Assembly (NCBI GenBank): GCA_963662285.2
Contig: CAXXMV010000002.1
Coordinates: 1,248,001-1,312,000, forward strand
Direction: 5' to 3'
Length of the DNA: 64,000 bases
Source of the DNA: a bacterium
GTDB taxonomy: Bacteria > Hinthialibacterota > Hinthialibacteria > Hinthialibacterales > Hinthialibacteraceae
Below the pieces are notes generated by a model, which was not told the DNA's origin, did not search any database, and was given only the letters and a program-made list of their open reading frames with translations. Below, piece after piece: positions 57,632 through 64,000 of the stretch (position 1 is its first letter; each line of letters starts with the position of its first letter). Both the position numbers and the translations under genes were made by a program.

Positions 57632-58666
57632 GTGTTTTCTTTATATCGACCCAAAAACAGCATAGGCTTTATTGTTTGCATCGTATTATCTTTAGTAATA
57701 GCCGGGTGCGGTGGAGCGCCATCAAACCAAGTGACCATCTATACATCGGTGGATCGTGATTATTCTGAGCCGATCATTGCAGTGTTTCAAAAGAATAATC
57801 CAGAGCTAAGCGTCAAGGTGGTTTATGATTCTGAATTGACCAAGACGACCGGTTTGTATCAGCGTTTGTTGCAGGAAAAGCAGAATCCACAAGCTGATGT
57901 GTTTTGGAATAACGAAATCGTTCGAACTATCCAACTGAAGAAGGCTGATGTATTGGCGCCGTATAAATCTGCTGCTGCGGGAGATATTCCAGACGCTTAC
58001 AAAGATGCTGATAGTTATTGGACCGGTTTTTCGGCCCGCGCCCGCGTAATGATTATTAATAATGATCTTGTTCCAGAGACAGTTACCGAGACTCCCGCCA
58101 GCATTCCGGCATTAGCTGTTGAGAAATTCAGGGGGAAAACAGGTATGGCCAAGCCGGAATTCGGGACTACCGTAACCCACATGGCGGCGTTGTATACATA
58201 TAATAAAGGCGCTTTAGGTTTTACAATGAACCGGGCGAAATCCAATCAGATGAAATTGTATCCCGGTAACGCCTCGGTGCGTGATGCTGTCGTACGTGGT
58301 GATATCGCCTATGGTATGACTGATACTGATGATGTTTTCGCGGCGTTGGATGAAGGCAAAGCCGTTCGGATGGCCTTTTTGGATCAAAAACAAAATGGCG
58401 CGCTGCTGATCCCTAATACTGTGGCATTGATTAAAAACAGCCCCAATCAGGATGGCGGGGAAAAATTGGTTGATTTCCTGCTTTCGCATGAGGTGGAATC
58501 GAAACTGGCGCAATGCCGTGCGCGTCAGATTCCATTGCGCCCGGCGGTATCGCGTCCTGACGGCGTTCCCGATATCAGTTCCATAAAGATCATGGAAGTA
58601 GATTACAACAAAGTTGCGGAAAATGTTGAACCGTGTCTCGAACTTATGCGCACTATCTTTCCATAA
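57632..58666 (+). CDS. Fe3+/thiamine-class ABC transporter substrate-binding lipoprotein
   Basis: Lipobox IAGC; IYTSVD, NPQADVFWNNE, WTGFSARARV, TDTDD. Confidence 0.88.
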   Translation: MFSLYRPKNSIGFIVCIVLSLVIAGCGGAPSNQVTIYTSVDRDYSEPIIAVFQKNNPELSVKVVYDSELTKTTGLYQRLLQEKQNPQADVFWNNEIVRTIQLKKADVLAPYKSAAAGDIPDAYKDADSYWTGFSARARVMIINNDLVPETVTETPASIPALAVEKFRGKTGMAKPEFGTTVTHMAALYTYNKGALGFTMNRAKSNQMKLYPGNASVRDAVVRGDIAYGMTDTDDVFAALDEGKAVRMAFLDQKQNGALLIPNTVALIKNSPNQDGGEKLVDFLLSHEVESKLAQCRARQIPLRPAVSRPDGVPDISSIKIMEVDYNKVAENVEPCLELMRTIFP

Positions 58667-60222
58667 GCCGAACCGGCGCATTGGTTCGCGCTCTGTTCTG
58701 CATGATTTTATTATTACCCATCATTTTATTGGGCGTTTCAGCCTATCCCGGCTGGGACGCCTTTTTAATGTCATGGCAAGTTTTTGACCGCATCGCGCTT
58801 TACCGGTTGTCAGGCAGCATAATATTGGCCTGCTGGACCATCTTCTTTTCATGGCTGCTGGCTTTTCCGGTTTATGCTGCATATCTGGGCTTATCTAAAA
58901 GGCGTCGGCAGTGGCTTCTCCTACTGTCGCTGGCGCCATTGTCGTATCCCCCTTTTGGTGCGGCGTCGGCCTGGATGACGGTGATCTCTTATATTGAGCA
59001 ATCCGGCGCCGGGCGTTTATTGTTTGAAAAACGGGGCATGGCTTCGCAGTTTCTTTATAGCCAAGCGGGTTGCGGGTGGATATTGGCGCTATGTTTCTGG
59101 CCGATAGTTTTTCTGCTTTTGGTTTTATCAGCTCAACCCATGCGGCGTCATGTTGAAGCGGCTCAAATATATCTGAGCCGGTGGAGCATGGTTCGATATG
59201 TCTTATGGCCTGCCTGGCGAGAGTCTCTGCTGATTGCATCAATGGTGATCGGCTGTCTGTGTATGCTTCAGTTTGAAACGCCTTCGTTGATGCAACTGCG
59301 GTCTTATCCGGAAGAGATATTTATGCGTTTTTCCATTCCCGAAAACGAATGGAAAGCGCTTTTGCTATGTCTACCGTATGTTGCGACGGCATTTGTGCTG
59401 GCTTTTGCGTTGCGCCGTGCGGGGCGGTGCATTGATTCCCGCGTTACAGACTTGCCTTTTTCTACTTTACCGCCGTTGGTTGTACGAATCTCTCTATGTA
59501 TTAGTTTTATGGTATTTTTGTTGTCAATCCTGATTCCATTGACGGCGCTGATATTGTATGTCGGTTCATCGGGAATTTTGTTTCAATTAATAGTTGATCA
59601 TAACGGACGGTTATGGCGCAGCGTTTTTTACGCCTTGGCGGGGGCGACGCTAATTGTATTACCCGGTATTTTGTATACCAGCAAATCCTCGCGGGTGCGC
59701 AGCGTAGCCGCTCCGGCCTTGTTTACCGCTCTTTTCGCCTGTCCGGGGATTCTTATTGCAGCGGGTTGGTTGAGGCTGCGCGGTTATTGGCCGGGGATGC
59801 TGCCTCCGGGCGTTGGCGTGGCTTCGATGTTGGGCGCTTATGCGACTCACCGTATGCTTTTGGGGTATGGCGCGGGCGTACTGTTATGGCGGACTTATGG
59901 TGAACGGCAGCGTGAGTTTGACGCTTTGATTCCATTGTCGTGGATTACGCGTCTATTGCGGCTTTATATCCCATCCCTGGTTAGACCGGTTGTCGTTGCC
60001 ATCATTCTAACTTCGCTTTTGATTTGGGGAGACGTGGCCATCACTATTTTGCTGCATCCCCCTGGCGGCGATTCGTTGGCCATCGAGTATTTCAATCTGT
60101 TGCATTATGGCAGCGAAACCAGGACGGCGGCGATTGGATTTCTGATGCTTTTTACGCCCGTAGTATTTATTGGGATAGTTTTTCTATTGATGGGATTTGG
60201 TGGATATAATCAAAATGACTGA
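58633..60222 (+). CDS. FbpB-like ABC permease
   Basis: About 12 TM, degenerate EAA loop, LHPPGGDSL..FNLLHYG; start uncertain. Confidence 0.8.
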   Translation: MSRTYAHYLSISRTGALVRALFCMILLLPIILLGVSAYPGWDAFLMSWQVFDRIALYRLSGSIILACWTIFFSWLLAFPVYAAYLGLSKRRRQWLLLLSLAPLSYPPFGAASAWMTVISYIEQSGAGRLLFEKRGMASQFLYSQAGCGWILALCFWPIVFLLLVLSAQPMRRHVEAAQIYLSRWSMVRYVLWPAWRESLLIASMVIGCLCMLQFETPSLMQLRSYPEEIFMRFSIPENEWKALLLCLPYVATAFVLAFALRRAGRCIDSRVTDLPFSTLPPLVVRISLCISFMVFLLSILIPLTALILYVGSSGILFQLIVDHNGRLWRSVFYALAGATLIVLPGILYTSKSSRVRSVAAPALFTALFACPGILIAAGWLRLRGYWPGMLPPGVGVASMLGAYATHRMLLGYGAGVLLWRTYGERQREFDALIPLSWITRLLRLYIPSLVRPVVVAIILTSLLIWGDVAITILLHPPGGDSLAIEYFNLLHYGSETRTAAIGFLMLFTPVVFIGIVFLLMGFGGYNQND

Positions 60223-61261
60223 TACCAACATGGCAGTACAAACCGGCGTATCCATGCGCAATGTTATGTTTAAGCGTGGTGAGCGCGATATTCTCAGGCA
60301 GATGGATTTATACGCCACGATGGGGGGGATAACTGTTCTGTTCGGTCCATCCGGGGCAGGGAAGACCACCTGTCTGCGGTTGATCGCCGGTTTGGAAACT
60401 CCTGATGCAGGCTGCATTTTTATTAACAGAAAAGAGGTATCTTCGGTTGATAAGTGCCAGCATCCCGCCAAGCGCCGTATCGGTTATTGCTTTCAGGATG
60501 ACGCCTTGTGGCCGGCGCTGACGGTAGTTAAACATCTCTCTGTAACGCTTAAATCTTATATGGTTGATGCATCACAGCGCCGAATGAAAATTGATGATCT
60601 ATTGCACCGTTTTGGTTTAGTTGACCTTGCAAACCGATATCCCGCCAATCTGTCGGGAGGCGAAAGAAAACGCCTGGCGCTAGCCCGTGCGTTAGCTGTT
60701 GAACCGGACGTCCTGCTGTTGGATGAACCTTTATCCAGCATAGATGGTCCAGCCCGTAATGAATTGATTACCTATTTACGTCAATGTAAAGCAAGTAACC
60801 GTACGGTTGTGGCGGTGACTCATCAGTTGGATGAAGTCTATGCCTTGGGAGATTATCTGGCCATTCTGATTGAAGGTAATCTGGTGCAGCAAGGCCTGAT
60901 CCGTGATGTGGTTTTGAATCCGCAGACGCGTCAGGCGGCGCTGCTCTTGGGGTACCGGAATTTCTTTTTGGTGAAAATTGAAAATGGAATGATAATTTCA
61001 GAGTTTGGTCGATGGCCGGTGGAAGATGATTATAATGGCCTGGCGTTGGCGGCCTGGTTTGCGGAAGATTTTGTCGCGGCGTCTGATGCTGATGGTCCGG
61101 CGCAGGTTGAATCATGCCGACCGGAAACGCGGCGTTATCGTATTGGACTTAGTTATGGCAATAATCTTTTTGAGTTATTGAGTGATGCAGCATTCCAACC
61201 GGGCGAAAAAATAAGTTTTCGCGTTGAACAAAGACCAGTAATCATAAAGGGTGATAGATGA
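60197..61261 (+). CDS. FbpC/PotA-like ABC ATP-binding protein
   Basis: GPSGAGKT, LSGGE, LLDEP, VTH; start uncertain. Confidence 0.92.
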   Translation: MVDIIKMTDTNMAVQTGVSMRNVMFKRGERDILRQMDLYATMGGITVLFGPSGAGKTTCLRLIAGLETPDAGCIFINRKEVSSVDKCQHPAKRRIGYCFQDDALWPALTVVKHLSVTLKSYMVDASQRRMKIDDLLHRFGLVDLANRYPANLSGGERKRLALARALAVEPDVLLLDEPLSSIDGPARNELITYLRQCKASNRTVVAVTHQLDEVYALGDYLAILIEGNLVQQGLIRDVVLNPQTRQAALLLGYRNFFLVKIENGMIISEFGRWPVEDDYNGLALAAWFAEDFVAASDADGPAQVESCRPETRRYRIGLSYGNNLFELLSDAAFQPGEKISFRVEQRPVIIKGDR

Positions 61262-62175
61262 TGAGAAATTATTGCTTAGCCTTATTTATTGGATTGCTTA
61301 TTCTTTCCGGCTGCGGAGGTGGAGATGGCGACTCGCGCGTTCTGTCTTGGGGATCGCGCGGCGGAATAAAAGGGAAATTCGCTTCGCCCCGCGCCATTGA
61401 CGTCTATAAAGAATTTGTTTATGTATCTGACCGGGTGGGCCGGGTGCAGAAATTTGATTTGCAGGGCAATTACATTCTTGAATGGCGCATCGAACCTTAT
61501 AAGGTCGGAACTGCCTCAAGTTTGTCGGTAGACCAGAATGGAGAGGTCTGGATTCCTGATACTCATAATCAGCGGATACTGCATTTCAACCCTGATGGAG
61601 AACTGTTGTCTTCTTTTGGCGAAAAAGGCGAGGCGCCTGGGCAACTGGGATTTCCCATCGCAATAACCTTTGGCAAGAATGGTGAATTATATATTACTGA
61701 GTATTCCATCAATGACCGGGTGCAGGTATTCTCGCGCGATGGAGAATACTTGAATATATGCTGGGGTGAACATGGCGATGGAGAAGAGCAGTTCAACCGT
61801 CCCATGGGCATCGAAATGGGACGGGATGGTATGCTTTATGTCGCCGATGCCATCAACCATCGCATAAAAGTTTATACCCCTGAGGGGAAATTGGTGCGTA
61901 ATATAGGAGAAAGAGGAACTGAGCCTGGTTATCTGCAATATCCCTATGATATTGATATTGATGAGCAAGGCAATCTTTATATTGCGGAATTTGGAAATCA
62001 CCGCATCCAGAAATTAACCCCTGAAGGAGTATCGTTGGGCGTATGGGGCAGCCCTGGTTCAGCCAAGGGGCAATTGACCGATCCATGGGGCGCGGCGGTG
62101 GATGGAGGTATGTTTTATATCGCGGATACCAAGAATCACCGTGTTCAGGCCGGGCCGGTATCGATTATAAAGTGA
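61258..62175 (+). CDS. NHL-repeat lipoprotein
   Basis: Lipobox LSGC; about 6 G..G..PG.F..P..I.....LYVAD..NHRI repeats; ATGA overlap. Confidence 0.9.
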   Translation: MMRNYCLALFIGLLILSGCGGGDGDSRVLSWGSRGGIKGKFASPRAIDVYKEFVYVSDRVGRVQKFDLQGNYILEWRIEPYKVGTASSLSVDQNGEVWIPDTHNQRILHFNPDGELLSSFGEKGEAPGQLGFPIAITFGKNGELYITEYSINDRVQVFSRDGEYLNICWGEHGDGEEQFNRPMGIEMGRDGMLYVADAINHRIKVYTPEGKLVRNIGERGTEPGYLQYPYDIDIDEQGNLYIAEFGNHRIQKLTPEGVSLGVWGSPGSAKGQLTDPWGAAVDGGMFYIADTKNHRVQAGPVSIIK

Positions 62176-62364
62176 AAACCTTATTATTGGAAAAAAGCAA
62201 ATATCGCTATATTACCCTTAATGAAATTGCTTGATTGTATATCATTGTTATGATATATGTTGTGTGAAGAATAGGTAGGAGGTTCTATTCTATTTATTTA
62301 ATTATGTCATATAATAATAATTTACCTGTGAGAAAAATGTGAAACAGAATAGTTATGGGAATAA

Positions 62365-63030
62365 TTGGTAATGAAGAGCGCCGCTTTTAATATTGCTTTT
62401 AAGGTACACCGAAACGAAATGCCTTTTGCGGAAGGCTTGTTGGGTTCGGTTGAAGCCGATTGTCAGCATGACTTTATTGAAGCATTAAACTCGCTCGCGG
62501 GGGAAGAGCGTTATGATGCGGCGCAAATCGAATCGCTTATCAATGAGGCTCAACAGAGTCAGCAACCATCTCAAAAACCTAAATATGATATCCAGGCTTT
62601 AAAAGACGAACTGAATCAGTTTAAGAAGAACCGCAACGAACTGCTTGAAACTGTTAAATCTCTTGAAGGCAGAATTAATTGTTTGAAGCCTAGCGTTATC
62701 CCCGGTATAAATGCCGTCTTTATCTTTATAGTGGGGATCGTTATTATAATGATTCTCTACCTGCTTGGTTTAACGATGGTTGGTTTGATCGGTTTGGCTT
62801 TGATGTTTATTGGATGCGTGTTGACGGTTATTCAGGATATGAGCGCTCTACAGAAACAACAGGCTGATATTGCGCAAAAGAAACTGCGTTATATGAATCA
62901 GATAAGTGAAACCAAGGAACAAATTGATCAAGTAGAGGCAACTATTGAAGAAAAGAAGGAATTTTTACGCTCTGTTTCACCCGGCGCAAGCAATTCGCCC
63001 CCTGCTCCAACTCCTGATATTGATCTCTAG
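62365..63030 (+). CDS. hypothetical 2-TM coiled-coil protein
   Basis: Coiled-coil segments flank a hydrophobic hairpin. Confidence 0.7.
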   Translation: MVMKSAAFNIAFKVHRNEMPFAEGLLGSVEADCQHDFIEALNSLAGEERYDAAQIESLINEAQQSQQPSQKPKYDIQALKDELNQFKKNRNELLETVKSLEGRINCLKPSVIPGINAVFIFIVGIVIIMILYLLGLTMVGLIGLALMFIGCVLTVIQDMSALQKQQADIAQKKLRYMNQISETKEQIDQVEATIEEKKEFLRSVSPGASNSPPAPTPDIDL

Positions 63031-63065
63031 AGTGATTCTCAAGATAACGTGCGTTTAGGCGGTAG

Positions 63066-63096
63066 TTAAAAATTCCCAAAAGATGGGAATTTTTAA
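63066..63096. terminator. inverted repeat after 62365..63030
   Basis: TTAAAAATTCCCA-N5-TGGGAATTTTTAA. Confidence 0.55.
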
Positions 63097-63237
63097 CAAA
63101 ACCAACGTTTTTAATGCGCATTTATTTTTGTCAATCGCTATAATACCTGAGTCGTTTTCATAATAATGTTCTTGAATTGAAAATAAACAAATATAATCGT
63201 TTTATTGATCTTAATTATAAATAATATGGATGGAAAT

Positions 63238-63510
63238 ATGTCGAACGAACCCAAAACTCCTGAAGCCAATGCTGGTGAAAACAATGAACCGTGGGATGAA
63301 AAAGAGATCAGTTTGAAGGATATCGTCCTGAGTAACAGTTGGGCGGTGCAATCTATTCTCAATTACCTGGAAGAAATTGATCCCAACGCCCGTGAACGAA
63401 TCTGGCATCATTATGAAGTGATGAAAGTGCAGCAAGAGGCGTCTGAGGCTAAGAAGCGCAAGCAATCTTCGTCTGAAGATGAACCGGATGTTATTCCCGA
63501 GAATAACTAG
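63238..63510 (+). CDS. small acidic hypothetical protein
   Basis: ORF fills the gap between genes; likely start MSNEPK. Confidence 0.6.
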   Translation: MSNEPKTPEANAGENNEPWDEKEISLKDIVLSNSWAVQSILNYLEEIDPNARERIWHHYEVMKVQQEASEAKKRKQSSSEDEPDVIPENN

Positions 63511-63557
63511 AACAGTATCGGAAGTGAAATGATGTTATTCTTTAATAAGGTATGATA

Positions 63558-64000
63558 ATGCAAACTGAGAAAAACGCAGAATTTAAACGTGCTTTTGTTG
63601 CAGAAAATATTGATCTAGGCGATTGGGATGCTCTTGAGCCGTTGTTCAAGGATTTGCTGGAACGCTCATTGAACTCAGTTGAGGATATCGAACGCTGGTT
63701 GTTGGATCAAAGCGAATTAGGCGCTTGTTTGTCTGAAGAACAGGCGCGGCGATATATCGATATGACCTGTCATACCGAGGATGAGGAAGCGGAAAAGAAA
63801 TATTTGCATTATGTCGAGAATATCGATCCAAAATGCAAACCTTATGATCATAAACTTAACGAGAAATACCTGGCCTCTCCTTATCGCAATGAACTTGACC
63901 GTGATAGATATATGGCGCTTGACCGCGCCATTGAAGCGGAGATAAAACTCTTCCGCGAAAAGAATATTCCGCTTCAAACCGAGACAGCCAAGCAGAGCCA
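63558..64000 (+). CDS. M3-family oligoendopeptidase (3'-truncated by window edge; absent from the ORF track)
   Basis: Manual translation MQTEKNAEFKRAFV..WDALEPLFKDLLER..RWLLDQSEL..ARRYIDMTCHTED..IKLFREKNIPL; frame open to the window end. Confidence 0.8.
   Translation, partial: MQTEKNAEFKRAFVAENIDLGDWDALEPLFKDLLERSLNSVEDIERWLLDQSELGACLSEEQARRYIDMTCHTEDEEAEKKYLHYVENIDPKCKPYDHKLNEKYLASPYRNELDRDRYMALDRAIEAEIKLFREKNIPLQTETAKQS

Overview
Bacterial chromosomal window with no rRNA, tRNA, CRISPR array or transposase that I could recognise. A Minf_1886-like gene, many PQQ-like beta-propellers, DUF1080, BlaI/M56 and N-methyl pilin-like paralogues suggest a PVC-like or related candidate-phylum anaerobe (inference only). 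The main observation is a ~16-kb co-directional, largely translationally coupled cluster (1-15890). It encodes an FtsX-type ABC permease, four BamB/PQQ-like beta-propellers, an NHL-like propeller with a CGCCNP motif, a small Tat-like Cys protein, a Tat polyferredoxin, a NapH/MauN-like membrane Fe-S protein, a fused HydC-HydB (NuoE-NuoF) flavoprotein with bifurcating-type features, and a NuoG/HydA-N + GltD/NfnB-like subunit whose NAD(P)H-binding domain appears deleted. Together these suggest an uncharacterised trans-membrane electron conduit. An AT-rich accessory stretch (~20-29 kb) holds a Lit/M48-like HExxH peptidase, a sigma54-driven orphan gene, an HTH-EIIA/ClC/USP operon, a BrnT toxin with a truncated BrnA, and a stand-alone SIR2-like protein. 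The rest carries a BlaI-M56-pilin operon with a double operator, glycogen genes (GlgA with an altered KTGG motif), PPIases, ABC transporters, a DUF1080 protein with a Cys-repeat tail, and several dispersed REP/MITE-like repeat families. All family assignments come from motif recognition by eye; no database searches were run.
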